From the human T2T-CHM13v2.0 reference genome, Homo sapiens, in assembly GCF_009914755.1 (NCBI RefSeq), contig NC_060927.1: DNA of 64,000 nucleotides; one strand, given 5' to 3'. Below the pieces are notes generated by a model. The model worked only from the letters and a program-made list of their open reading frames with translations, did no database searches and had not been told where the DNA came from. Shown in pieces: positions 33,461 to 52,303 of this stretch. Position 1 is the stretch's first letter. Every line of letters begins with the position of its first letter. The position numbers and the translations under genes were made by a program.

Positions 33461-33775
33461 TTAGACAATGGGTGCAGCCCACAGAGGGCGAGCCGAAGCA
33501 GGGTGGGGCATCACGTCACCTGGGAAGCTCAAGGGGTCTGGGGATTTTCCTTTCCTAGCCAAGGGAAGCCATGACAGACTGTACCTGGAAAATCGGGACA
33601 CTGCCACCCAAATACTGCGCTTTTCCAACGGTCTTAGCAAACGGCACACCAGGAGATTATATCCCGCACCTGTCTCAGTGGGTCCCACACCCACGGAGCC
33701 TTGCTCACTGCTAGTGCAGCAGTCCAAGATCAAACTGCAAGGCAGCAGCCTGGCTGGGGGAGAGGTGTCTGCCAT
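33461..33775 (-). CDS. L1 antisense ORF0 homolog, open, 104 aa (expression unknown)
   Basis: GCAATGG start context; MADTSPPARLLPCSLILDCC...SVGVGP...EKR...RFSR aligns by eye with the L1HS ORF0 sequence as I recall it. Confidence 0.6.
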   Translation of the reverse strand: MADTSPPARLLPCSLILDCCTSSEQGSVGVGPTETGAGYNLLVCRLLRPLEKRSIWVAVSRFSRYSLSWLPLARKGKSPDPLSFPGDVMPHPASARPLWAAPIV

Positions 33776-34354
33776 TGCTGAGGCTTGAGTAGGTAAACAA
33801 AGCAGCCCAGAAGCTCCAACTGGGTGGAGCCCACTGTAGCTCAACCAGGCCTGCCTGCCTCTGTAGATTCCACCTCTGGGGGCAGGGCATAGCTGAACAA
33901 AAGGCAGCAGAAACTTCTGCAGACTTAAATGTTCCCCGTCTGACAGCTCTGAAGAGAGCAGTGGTTCTCCCAGCACGAAGTTTGAGCTCTGAGAATGGAC
34001 AGTCTGCCTCCTCAAGTGGGTCCCTGACCCCCATGTAGCCTAACTGGGAGACACTTCCCAGTAGGGGCCGACTGACACCTCATACAGCCGGGTGCCCCTC
34101 TGAGACGAAGCTTCCAGAGGAAGGATCAGGCAGCAATATTTGCTGTTCTGCAGCCTCTGCTGGTGATACTCAGGCAAACAGGGTTTGGAGTGGACCTCCA
34201 GCAAACTCCAACAGACCTGCAGCTGAGGGACCTGACTGTTAGAAGGAAAACTACAGAAAGGAATAGCATCAACATCAACAGAAAGGACATCAACACCAAA
34301 ACCCCATCTGTAGGTCACCATCATCAAAGACCAAAGGTAGATAAAACCACAAAG

Positions 34355-35361
34355 ATGGGGAGAAACCAGAGCAGAAAAGCTGAAAATTCTAAAAACCAGA
34401 GCACCTCTTCTCCTCCAAAGGATCACAGCTCCTTGCCAGCAACAGAACAAAGCTGGACGGAGAATGACTTTGACGAGTTGACAGAAGCAGGCTTCTGAAG
34501 GTCAGTGGTAACAAACTTCTCCAAGCTAAAAGAGGATGTTCAAACCCATTGCAAGGAAGCTAAAAACCTTGAAAAAAGATTAGACAAATGGCTAACTAGA
34601 ATAAACAGTGTAGAGAAGACCTTAAATGACCTGATGGAGCTGAAAACCATGGCACGAGAACTACATGACACATGCATAAGCTTCAGTAGCCAATTCAATC
34701 AAGCAGAAGAAAGTGTATCAGTGATTGAAGATCAAATGAATGAAATGCGGTGAGAAAAGTTTAGAGAAAAAAGAGTAAAAAGAAACGAACAAAGGCTCCA
34801 AGAAATATGGGACTATGTGAAAAGACCAAATCTACGTTTGATTGGTGTACCTGAAAGTGACAGAATGGAACCAAGCTGGAAAACACTCTTCAGGATATTA
34901 TCCAGGAGAACTTCCCCAACCTAGCAAGGCAGGCCAACATTCAAATTCAGGAAATACAGAGAACACCACAAAGATACTCTTCGAGAAGAGCAACCCCAAG
35001 ACACATAATTGTCAGATTCACCAAGGTTGAAAGGAAGGAAAAAATGTTAAGGGCAGCCAGAGAGAAAGGTCGGGTTACCCACAAAGGGAAGCCCATCAGA
35101 CTAACAGTGGATCTCTTGGCAGAAACTCTACAAGCCAGAAGAGAGTGGGGGCCAATATTCAACATTCTTAATGAAAAGAATTTTCAACCCAGAATTTCAT
35201 ATCCAGCCAAACTAAGCTTCATAAGTGAAGGAGAAATAAAATCCTCAAATGCTGAGAGATTTGTCACCACCAGGCCTACCTTAAGAGACCTCCTGAAGGA
35301 AGCACTAAACATGGAAAGGAACAACCGGTACCAGCCACTGCAAAGACATGCCAAATTGTAA
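34355..35361 (+). pseudogene. L1 ORF1 remnant
   Basis: MGRNQSRKAENSK...QRHAKL*; premature stops at 34496 and 34751 plus frameshifts. Confidence 0.9.
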
Positions 35362-35424
35362 AGACCATTGATGCTAGGAAGAAACTGCATCAACTAACGA
35401 GCAAAATAACCAGCAAACATCATA

Positions 35425-39243
<3,819 letters not shown>

Positions 39244-39589
39244 ACAATGAGAACACGTGGACACAGGAAGGGGAACATCACACACTGGGGCCTGGCATGG
39301 TGTGGGGGGATGGGGGAGGGATAGCATTAGGAGAAATACCTAATGTTAAATGACGAGTTAATGGGTGCAGCATACCAACATGGCACATGTATACATACGT
39401 AACAACCCTACACGTTGTGCATGTGTACCCTGGAACTTAAAGTATAATAAAATTCAAACAAACAAAAAAACTTGACAAATGAGGTTCCAAAGGAAATTTT
39501 GGAAAACTTGCCAAATAAGTCTCATGTAAGGTTTTAGGTAAGACATTGACTTTTATGAGTGGATTTGTTGTCTTTTTTGGGGGTGGGGT

Positions 39590-40042
39590 ACAGAGTCTCT
39601 GTTGCCCAGGCTGGAGTGTAATGGTGTGATCTCGGCTCACTGCAACCTTCGCTTCCTGGGTTCAAGCAGTTCTCCTCCCCTAGCTACCCAAGTAGCTGGG
39701 ATTATAGGTGCACACCACCACGCGTGGCTAATTTTTTGTATTTTTAGTAGAGACTGTGTTTCACCATGTTGGCCAGGCTGGTCTTGAATTCCTGACCACA
39801 GGTGATCCACCTGCCTCGGCCTCCCAAGGTGCTGAGATTACAGACATAAGCCATCATGCCCGGCCATTTGTTGCTGTTTGTATAGCAAATTGAAGATACT
39901 TTTAAGTAGAAAGTCACTTTCTTACTAGACATGGTGGCACATACCTGTAGTCCCAGCCTCTTGGGAGGCTGAGGTGGGAGAATCGCTTGAGTCCAGGAAT
40001 TGGAGACCAGCCTTGGCAACATAGTGGGACTCAATCTCAAAA
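39590..40042. mobile_element. Antisense AluS (39590-39866) and sense Alu monomer (39928-40042)
   Basis: Alu motifs. Confidence 0.8.
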
Positions 40043-41487
40043 GAGAAAGTCACTCTCTTTCAAAACTTTCAGGCTTTATTTCTGTCATTTCCCAAGATAG
40101 TATTGCTCAGGAATGGTCTCTTCTCTTTTCCTCCACCCATTCCTCCCTCTTTTTTTTCCCCCTCTTTTTTGGGCTTTTCTGTGTAACCTCAGGAGTGGAC
40201 TAAACCTGAGCCCAGTGAGAGAAAAGCCACATGGAGAGAAGATGTGACAAATGGTCCAGACTAGCTATAAGGAGATGTCAGCTTTGTTTCTGGCTTAGCT
40301 CTGGCCCTGTGGGGGCACCAACTTCTCACAGCATTTGATGAGTTCATGATCCTGCTGAGTTTTTTTAATCCACATGGGTACATGTGAGGAATACTTCTTA
40401 CCCAAATTCTTAGTCTTAGCCCCTGCAGGGTATGCGGCTTGGGCTGGGTTTCTGTTACATTGATACCTGACCAGGGCCTCTAACTCCTGCCAAACCATCC
40501 TAGGAAGACACTGGGGAAACAGGCCAGATAGCACAGGTCTGGGGCCCATCTGGGAACTTGGAGGTCCACAGGGACCAAGGGGCTGACCAAAGGGGCCTTT
40601 AAAAACCTAAGAGCAATGTGATTGAGGCATCATGCAGACCAGCTCCAACAGCAGAGTGGTATAAAAGTGTTATTTTATGTGCCAATCTTCAGTCAGATGA
40701 GGAAGAACATAACAGTCTTAAGGGTTTTTTTTTTTCCCCCTCCAGGCCCAAAGACGAAAGATGCAGACTTCAGAAAGCTTGTAGACAGGGACTTTTCAAA
40801 AATCTTAAATCAGTAGAAGCCTGGCTTTTGTACACACTGCTTTGGTGGCTGCTGCTTTTGTTGTTGTCATGACTGGAGGGGCACTTTGAGGGTTGTTCCA
40901 GGCTGGAGCTAGGAAGAACTCAATGAAAAGTAATACAGAAGAGAGAGAGAGGTGTCTGTATTACTTATTGAGACTCAAGGTTTCAGAGAGAAAGTAAAGA
41001 TGTTTAAAGTTGGAACAGACTATTTTTTAGGATCACCTAAACGTGTCGTTACATGGCCCTTTTTCCGTGGGTGAGTGGGGAAAATTCTGCCCATCTCAAC
41101 TTAACATACGCTGTGGTCTGGTGAACTTTTCCTGCCTTATTGCATCTTGACAGCTTCCTGACTTCCCTTTAGGGACTAACTCCTAATGTAGATAGTCCAG
41201 GTTCTAGAGGAGCAAATATTGTCTCCCATCTCCAGAAAGTATTATTCCACCAACATCTGATTCTCCTTAGACTTTGACAGACTTTATCCCTCTGCCTCTT
41301 TTGCTGCAACTGAGTCCTGCCTTCTAGTCTCCTTTTGAATTGACCAGACCCTGCAGATTCTTCTGATCCTTCTCTGAGCATCAACTGATGGTGTAGAATG
41401 GGGCAGCCTAGAAAGGCTCTGTAGCCTTTGGAAAAGGTAACAGTTGTTCTGCCAAACTCTTTTAGTGTCCTTGTCTTTCTCTTACAG

Positions 41488-41687
41488 GCAGCCAACTTTG
41501 AAGGGTGATGAAAAGCCTGTGGCCAGTGTTCGTCCTGTGCAGTCCACCCCCATCCCCATGATGCCCCGGCATGTCCCATTGGGAGGAAGTGTAAGCTCTG
41601 CCTCCAGCACAAATCCATCCATGAACTTTCCCATCAACTACTTGCAGCGTGCAGGAGTCCTTGTGCAGAAGGTGGTCACCACGACAG
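41488..41687 (+). CDS. RAD54L2: RAD54L2 exon (QPTLKG...VVTTT)
   Basis: ttacAG / G|GTGGG; phase matches across the L1-containing intron. Confidence 0.94.
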
Positions 41688-42271
41688 GTGGGAACTCCTG
41701 GGCTCTGTGGCAGAGCTGCTGTCCCTTTTAAAATTACTTTGTTCATTTAGGAAGTATCTATTAAACACCTTTTGTATTTCTGGCCTTACTACATTTGGCA
41801 CTCTTGGTAAAAAATAGGGAAGACAACAGTCCCTGGTCTTGAGGAATTTGGATTCTAGTGAAATATCTTAAGAATAACAACACATAACTGGGTTTTCTTG
41901 GGTTTGGTGGGTGAGATAGACTCTGAGCACTGCAGGAATTGTGGAAATGTCACTGGAATACAGGGTTGGTCTCAGGTTCTTATAGAGGTGTGAATATGCT
42001 GAGCCCTGCCTGATTGTAGACCCATCTGGGTATAAAAGACAGCTGTCAACCTTTGTACATAATGAGAAGACCTGAATTGTCACTTGCGTCTACCTTTGCG
42101 AGTTTGATATAAATTGAGCATGGTGGGCCAGTCAGCAGTGGTGGCAGGTAGCCAACCCATCCACTCCAGGAGCTGGTTCTGTGATTCAGTGTGATTAGGA
42201 AGGAAAACATTTTGTGATCCTGTTTTTTATCTTGTTATTTAGCAATATTTATAATATATAAATTGATTATT

Positions 42272-42553
42272 ATTTTTTTTTTTGGAGACAGAGTCTTGCT
42301 TTGTCACTCAGGCTGGAGTGCATGATCTTGGCTCGCTGCACTCCTGGGCTCAAGCGATTCTCCCGCCTCAGCCTCCCGAGTTGCTGGAATTACAGGCGTG
42401 TGCCACTATGCCCGGTGAACTTTTTTGTATTTTAATAGAGATGGGGTTTCACCATGTTGCCCAGGCTGGTTTCGAACTCCTGAGCTCAGGCAATCCACCC
42501 GCCTTGGCCTCCCACAGTGCTGGGATTACAGGTGTGAGCCATTGCACCCGGCC
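42272..42553 (-). mobile_element. Alu (J/S) with small deletions
   Basis: Antisense Alu. Confidence 0.85.
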
Positions 42554-43096
42554 AATATATAAATTTTAATGAAAATATCTTAATTGATTTTTCTAAGTAA
42601 AAAATTTGAAACACATGAAAAGAAAAAGAGAGCGCCATATAATTCTATTATCTACTAATTCTTGAAAATACTGTTTCCCAGGTGTGGGGTAATGCCAGCA
42701 AGGAAGAAGATTAGGCCATTTTTGGAGCCTAAAGTGATGTGGCGCAGATGCGTGCAAACAGTTTGGGGAAGAGGAAAAAAATGCATAGAAACAACCATCT
42801 AAACTAAAACATTTTTCACACCAAAAACTATGAATTTCTAATTAAATAAAGGGAAATTGATTGCAACGATGACCAGCTCAGATTTCTGACAAAGTTCCTG
42901 TTTTCATAGTATTCTTTGTTTAGATAATTGTGAAAGATCCTGCTTGCTTCACCTTCCTTGGTTCTGGACCTCTGCCCCACTGAGAGGCTGTAGGGAAACC
43001 AATGAAGAACTGGGGTAGATGTGGGACTTTGCAATTTTCCCCCCTCCTTCAGTCAGGCCCCGTGCAATCTAAATTTAAGATCTGTGTTTTTCCTAG

Positions 43097-43186
43097 ATAT
43101 TGTTATTCCTGGACTCAACAGCTCCACAGATGTACAGGCAAGAATTAATGCTGGTGAGAGCATCCACATCATCCGTGGGACAAAAG
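43097..43186 (+). CDS. RAD54L2: RAD54L2 exon (IVIPGLNS...RGTK)
   Basis: cctAG / G|GTAAG. Confidence 0.94.
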
Positions 43187-43391
43187 GTAAGAGCCTGACC
43201 AAGGACCTGTTCCCTGCCTTTGGTTGAGAGTGCTGGGCTGGGAAGAAGAATAAATACATATGACTTGAGCTAGACGGGTCATAGGAATCATCCCATTAGG
43301 ATGTCACATTCCGGAACTGAATGAGAAAATAGCATTTGTAGGAGCTTAGGGGAGTTGGGTTGAGCCCATAGGGTATTAGTCAGTGGTTTAA

Positions 43392-43748
<357 letters not shown>

Positions 43749-44329
43749 CTTACTGTCATTTTTATGAGAATCTTGGGATGGGACAAGTAGACACAAGGAG
43801 ACCAAAATTGGAGGGAAAGAGCGGTGGAATGGGTTATAAGCCTACATACATTTACCCACTTGCTTGGAGCAGGGTGGGGGTCCCCTGATAGGATATGTAT
43901 TATGTGGATGAATTACACATGGGTTGCATGATAGAATTTTTGCATATGGTAATTTAAAAAGTCCACATCTGCCTCTGTCCTCCTTTCAGAGGGATATGAG
44001 ATTGGTGGAATAAAAAAGCTGGGCTAAACAGTATTGAGACACAATCTAAGCCTGTTTTTTTCCCCTCTTTTCTGCACCCACGTCTTCTATCCAAGCCTGT
44101 TTTACATATTAGCCTTTAAATAAGCCCCATGATTGTGTGAGGCTCTTTGAGACTTTTTGTTCAGTAAGGAGATTTTGCCCTAGCTTCTATTGGGTTAGAG
44201 TACCTTTGAGGTTAGGGAAAAAGTGCCATGAAATACCCAGACTCATAGAAAACACCATTCCCAGCCTCCTTACTGGATTCTTCCTAGTCTAGAACCCAGC
44301 CCCCTTTACTGCTGTCTTCCTAGTTTATA

Positions 44330-44965
<636 letters not shown>

Positions 44966-45542
44966 CTAAAGGCAGCACTGACATTCGAGGAGGTTGATCA
45001 AATGACATACCCAAGGCTGAAGAGAAGATAGATTAGTGCCTTGTGGGAATAGAATGCAGGTCTTTCTTGAATTATTCCTACTAGGGGAGAGAGGATATTG
45101 AAGCAGTAAGGCTCCTTCCTCGCAGATCAAGAGGAGAACCTGGGCCAGAGTGCCTGGGAACATAGGATTCCAACTTACTCTCTTTTGTAGCACCTTATTT
45201 GCTTCTCCATTGCATTGAACCCTTCCTGATATTTTCTGGTATAAGTCTCTGTCTCCCTCTCTAGAGACTAAGCTCCATGAGACAGGGCCTTTTTCTGCCT
45301 TGTGCCTTCTAGTGTCTAGAACAGTGCCTGGCACATGGTAGTCATGTAATCAATGCTTGTGAAATAAATGAATAATTATGAGTCCATAGCTCAGTCACCC
45401 CACTTCTTATTTCAGGGGTCTTGGGAGATGGTATACCTAATTGTATAGCTATTTACAAGCCCACGGCGCACAGCCTGGAGTTTCCCAGGGTTGGCTGTAT
45501 TATATGTCTGCCTCTAACTGTCTTCTTCGTGTCTATTCTTAG

Positions 45543-45635
45543 GGACGTACATCCGTACCAGTGATGGACGGATCTTTGCTGTCCGGGCAACTGGCAAACC
45601 AAAGGTTCCTGAAGATGGTCGGATGGCTGCCTCAG
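45543..45635 (+). CDS. RAD54L2: RAD54L2 exon (TYIRTSDGRIFAV...MAAS)
   Basis: cttAG / G|GTGTG; in frame. Confidence 0.93.
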
Positions 45636-45718
45636 GTGTGATGGCTTTTACTTTCCATTTTACTTTTCAAACAACATTTGTTTGCTTTGTTTTGGTTAGG
45701 TATTAACTTATTATGTGA

Positions 45719-46778
<1,060 letters not shown>

Positions 46779-47942
46779 AATTTTCTTTGTTTTTTTAAAA
46801 CAAATGCTAACATACCATAAAATACTATTTACTCCTTTTTTCACTCACCAGTAATAGTTTATTCCTTATCATTTCTTCTAGATATGTCTTCTTGAAGGTT
46901 CGCACAGGATGAGCTGTAACACAATGTATTAATTAGTTCCCTGTCAACATACATTTTGATTATTTTACTCCACCATCACTGACAGTGCTTTTTCACAGAG
47001 GTGGTTATATCTATAGGATATGTTCCTTAAAGTGGGATTGCCAGGTCAAAGGGTATATGTGTGGCACATGAACAGTGTTAAGAACTCTTGCCAAGTTCCC
47101 CTCAGTGGGAGTGGTTCTCATTTATCCTCCCACCCCTGAGCTAGAATGCTAGAGGGCTAGAATGCTCTTGTTCCCTGCTTTGTATTATGGAAATTTCAAA
47201 TTTTCATACATACAGAAAAGTTGAAAAATAGCACCATGAGCACCCATATACCCTGCACCTAGATTTAATGATGGTTAGTTTTCATAAACCTTCTTCTTTC
47301 TCTCCCTCCCTTTCTATTATTTGAGTCATTCGTAAGTCGAAGATATATGTCATGTTTTTCATCATGTCATTTTATCTCTAAGTACTTCAACATGCATCTG
47401 CTAAGATTAAAGATATTCTGTTCCTAGCCACAATATCATTATTACACTAAAAAAAGCTAACGATTCCATAAAATTACCTAGTATTCCAAAATTGAGATTT
47501 CCCATTTGTCCCAGTTGTCTTCCATAGCTATGGATTTTGTTTTGTTTTCAAATCAGAATGAACTGCTTTTTAGCTTGATTTTCCTCTTTCCCCCACATTG
47601 ATCACTGACTGTCTCTTACTGCCAGAAAAAGTTTGACTAGTTTTAAGAATGATCTCTTAGTGTTTCATATCCCTTATCTCGTAGGATTCATTTTGGTATA
47701 GTTTTACAGTTTGGGGAACTGGGGTGCAGAAAAGTTACATGCCTTGTCATAGATAGACCTATTTCTGGGATCAAAGAATTTCTTTGTGACTGGAAAAGGT
47801 TGACTGGGTGATGTTGTTCAGACATCAAACTATTAGAATTTTGGGGACTACAGGACAGGATTTTTTTTAATGGAGTTTTCTCCTCTACCCTTCTTCTCTC
47901 CCTGGCCACTCTGATTCTCAGTTAACTACATTTTGTCCCCAG

Positions 47943-48937
47943 GTTCCCAGGGACCTTCTTGCGAGTCCACAAGCAACGGCAGACACAGTGCCTCATCACC
48001 CAAAGCCCCCGACCCTGAGGGGCTGGCCAGGCCCGTCTCTCCTGACAGCCCAGAGATCATCAGTGAGCTTCAGCAGTATGCAGATGTGGCTGCTGCCCGG
48101 GAATCCCGTCAGAGCTCCCCAAGCACCAATGCCGCCCTGCCTGGCCCCCCGGCCCAACTTATGGACAGCAGTGCTGTTCCCGGGACAGCTCTCGGAACTG
48201 AGCCTCGACTAGGGGGTCATTGCCTCAATAGTTCCCTCTTGGTGACTGGCCAGCCCTGTGGTGACAGGCACCCAGTGCTGGACTTAAGGGGCCACAAGCG
48301 AAAGTTGGCCACACCACCTGCTGCCCAGGAGTCATCCCGCCGGCGGTCCAGGAAGGGTCATCTGCCAGCCCCCGTGCAGCCGTATGAACACGGGTATCCA
48401 GTCTCTGGCGGGTTTGCCATGCCACCCGTCTCCTTAAACCATAACCTCACCACCCCCTTCACCTCCCAGGCTGGGGAGAACTCCCTGTTTATGGGCAGTA
48501 CCCCCTCCTACTACCAGCTGTCCAATTTGCTGGCAGATGCCCGCCTGGTGTTTCCAGTGACTACTGACCCTCTGGTGCCAGCAGGCCCCGTCAGTTCCTC
48601 TTCCACGGCTACCTCAGTCACTGCCAGCAACCCCTCCTTCATGCTCAACCCTTCTGTGCCAGGGATACTACCCAGCTATTCACTCCCATTCTCACAGCCA
48701 CTCCTGTCCGAGCCGAGGATGTTTGCGCCTTTTCCTTCCCCTGTCTTGCCCAGCAACCTTTCGCGGGGCATGTCTATCTATCCAGGCTACATGTCCCCAC
48801 ATGCAGGCTACCCAGCTGGTGGCCTCCTACGGTCCCAGGTGCCTCCATTTGACTCTCATGAGGTTGCCGAGGTTGGGTTCAGCTCCAATGATGATGAGGA
48901 TAAAGACGATGATGTGATAGAGGTCACTGGGAAATAG
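47943..48937 (+). CDS. RAD54L2: RAD54L2 terminal coding exon (Pro/Ser-rich C-terminus ending DDDVIEVTGK*)
   Basis: cccAG acceptor; TAG at 48935-48937. The 20 exons sum to 4265 nt, which with 139 upstream coding nt gives the 1467-aa length I recall. Confidence 0.96.
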
Positions 48938-51690
48938 CTAGGGAGCCCCTCCCCACCTCACTTGGGGCCCCCAGCAGGTTGCCCACCAAGCTGAAAGGCA
49001 GTGATTTAGACCTTTTGAGAATAGGACACTTGGCAGGAGGGAAAAGGAAGAGGACAAAGGAGGGTGGTTGGCCAAAGTGGCAGAGCTCTGTTGCTGTTTA
49101 ACAAAAGAGGCAAAAAAAAAAAAAAAAAAAAAAAAGTCCAACACAGCAGCAATAGCGGGAAATCAGGGACCCAAAACAGGGATGGAGGGGCAGTGCAGCC
49201 TCTTTTCCTTCCTGCCTTGCTTATGCTGTCTGCTTGCTTGCTCGCCCATCTGAGTGTAGAAGCGCACATCCCATTTCTGTCTTTGGGAACATTCTTTCCC
49301 AAGAGAGCTGCCTTACTAGGTGACTTAGCTTGGCCTGGGGAGGGGAGTGAAGGAAGGGAGAATGAGTGAGAGAAGGAGGGTGGGTAGGGGGAGCAGACTG
49401 TGATCCCATGTGAAGTGGGGTCTTTTTAGGGGGTGGGAAGGAAGCTGACCAGGTATGTGTGTTTGTGAGTGTGTGTGTGTATGTTTATTTTGTATGTGTA
49501 TGTATGGAACAGAGCAGGGGTGAAGGTGGGAGGGGAGGGAGGGAAGAACTAAGAGGGAAACTGAAAAATGAATTTATCTTTCTTTAAATGGAAGTCAGTT
49601 TGGTGGTTCATGGCACCTAGTGTGAACATCAGGGTGAGCCCAGAAGAGCCATGGAAATAACAAGTTTCCTTCGGGATGGGTGAAGAGAAGGCCCAGCTAA
49701 CTCAAGTCCCTGGTATTCAGAGCCACATTTGTGTGAGAATTTGGGGAAATTCATGAGAGAAAATGGGCATTACCAATCTATGTCTCTTAACCCCGGTGGC
49801 TATCTCTGAGCAGCTCTCCCTTTCCAGCTTGGAAGGTTGTCTGTGTGCAGAGGCTGGGAGGGAGAAGCACTGCAGTACGTGAATGAAAGGTCGCAGAGTT
49901 GTGGCTGGAAAATACATTTTTCACCAGGGTAGAACTGAGCCCCCAGCTGCCTATCCTGGTAGTCTTTTCTGTTCCTTTCCTTCCCCTTTAGAGAGCTCCA
50001 TGTTAATTTATTTCTTATGGGCAATTATTTATTACTTGGACTTTTCATGTGTCTTGTTTATTTGGGGGTGGGGGGAGGTTAGGGGTAAGGAGGGTAGGTG
50101 ATAGAAAGGGAAGTTTTAAGATATCCCAGACCCTATAGCCACTGGTGAAAAACAATCCTGGATGGATGGTAAATTGACCAGGGGAAGAGTTAGGTTTGAC
50201 CAAGGTTTGGATTAAACAACTATATTTTTGAGAGATGGCTTTTCAGGAAGATCAGGGAATCCTGAGACTGGATAGTTAGTGGAGGGTGGGACTCATTCCA
50301 CAGAAATCGAAAGTTGTGATCATGGAGTTTGCAATTGGGAAGTAAGAGACCCCAGATTTGGAGCTGTGTCCTCCTGGGATGATGTTAGATGTTGGCTCTC
50401 TATGCTGAATAGTGAAGCTGTGGATAGGCGGTTGCTGGGTTGAGGGACTGTTGATTTCATGTTCGAAAATATCTTCAGGTGGTCCATGTAGGCCTGGTGT
50501 CTGCTGCCTCCATCTTTGAAGGAACATGGAGGAGCCCTTTCTCTGTAGGAGCCCTAAGTCTGGGTTTTATCTTAAAAGAACACACCAGTCATTCTGGGTC
50601 TCCCCTTATTGCCATTGCCAGGGGAGGGTCGTCTAGTCCTTAAGCATAAACACTGGCTGTCTTCCTACTGGTGTCCCCGCCCCCTCTGTATCCCCCACCC
50701 CAACACTTTGCCAGACAGTTCTTTATGATGAACAAACTTTGGCTTTAGAGCTTTACCACTTACCCATGGCTCCCTCCTTACTGGGCAGGTGGTGTACCTG
50801 CCTCTTCCCAGCCCAGAAGGCAGCTTAGTCAGGTCATCCCAGTAGTAGCTCCTACAGCTCTTCTGACCAGCCCATTTCCATCTTTGGAGGGCCTTAGCAG
50901 ACTCTGGGGTATTGTCCTCAGAGAAGAGACAAGGAGATGATGGATGGGGTGCATGTGTATATGTGTGTTTGTCTGCTGTCCAATAACACCAAAAGTGGAA
51001 CTTAAGAAGCTTTGTGTTTTCATAAGCACCCTGCCAGACACTTAACTCTTCTACTCATGGAAGCCTTAGATCTACAATTTAGCTATGCAAATTATTTTAA
51101 TAATTTAAAAATAGCAGTTCCAACCAGTGCTTTCTCTTTCAGATGCATCCCAAGAATGGATGGTGAAGGGACTCAGTTGGAGTGAGCTCTCAGGTTGAGG
51201 CTGGTGCAGTAGGAGTGAGCTAGACTGAATCTCCAATTTATGGGACACACTCAGAACCTGGGTTACACTGATGCCTCTCAGGCCCTGGAGCACTGGGATC
51301 CCAGAGATGCATGTGTGCATGTGTATGTCTGTGTGTGTGTGTTGTCGGGAGAAGGGGGTAGTATTTCTGTGTTCACTTCTAGGAAATCACTGTACTAGCC
51401 TCCAAGAATCCGGAAACCTTCCCAGCCGGGAACTGAAACCATTCCCTGGAGGGATGGGCTTGGCTTTTGAAGTTGACAGAAAGTAAATGGGTATTCTGAG
51501 AGGCAGCACATGCCTACTGTCTATCCAGTGTTCCAGGGACTGGGTCTTGCTTCTACTCAGCAGAGGCCATCATTCTGGGAGGCTGACCTGACTAGAGAAG
51601 GCTTTCTTTTATATGTGCAGTTTCTATTGTGTAGAGGGGTTGGGGGTGGGATCATGGGAAATTGGAGTGCTACCAGGTCCATGGTTTTTG

Positions 51691-51732
<42 letters not shown>

Positions 51733-52303
51733 AAATAACCTGAAAACACTTCTGACTTTTCCACTGTCTCTTTATATGTGCTGATAGGCAAATGTGCATG
51801 CACACCAAACATAAGCATGTTTGTGAGGGAAGCAGGAAGTATCTCAGAGCCTAAGAACCATGTTTTATAGTTTCTTTGATCATAAACACTTGGTGGTGTC
51901 TTCCACCCATTATCCAGGCCTGAGGGGGGCAGGGTGGCTGGTGATAAGAGGGAGGGCAGAAAATCAGGCCTAGGCGTTTTCCCTTACCATTGTCTTCCAT
52001 GGAATGTTTTCAAGGGCCTCTCAAGCCCCATTCATCTGGTTTAGCCAAGTTCTCAGCCTGGGGAACACAGTACTACTTAATGATTGAGGTTTACCATTTA
52101 TAGTGATGCTTGATTTCCTTTTCTTAATATATTTGTAGATAAAAATTGAACAGGGACAAAGTAGCTATTTAAGAAAGGAAGTGAACCATGTTGGGTCATA
52201 TCATTTTCTTTAGATTGGATATCTATGAAGTCCACACCCCTTTGAGTTATGCTTTTTAGGCATCTATCTCATCATCTCCTGATTTAAGGATAATTCTGTC
52301 TGG

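Noticed and set aside
40330-40360. TGATGA...CTGA as a C/D snoRNA
   Set aside because: Boxes too close together, no terminal stem, no evident guide
49112-49135. A24 as the true mRNA end or a retrocopy tail
   Set aside because: Genomically encoded, no upstream PAS, and the gene is intron-containing
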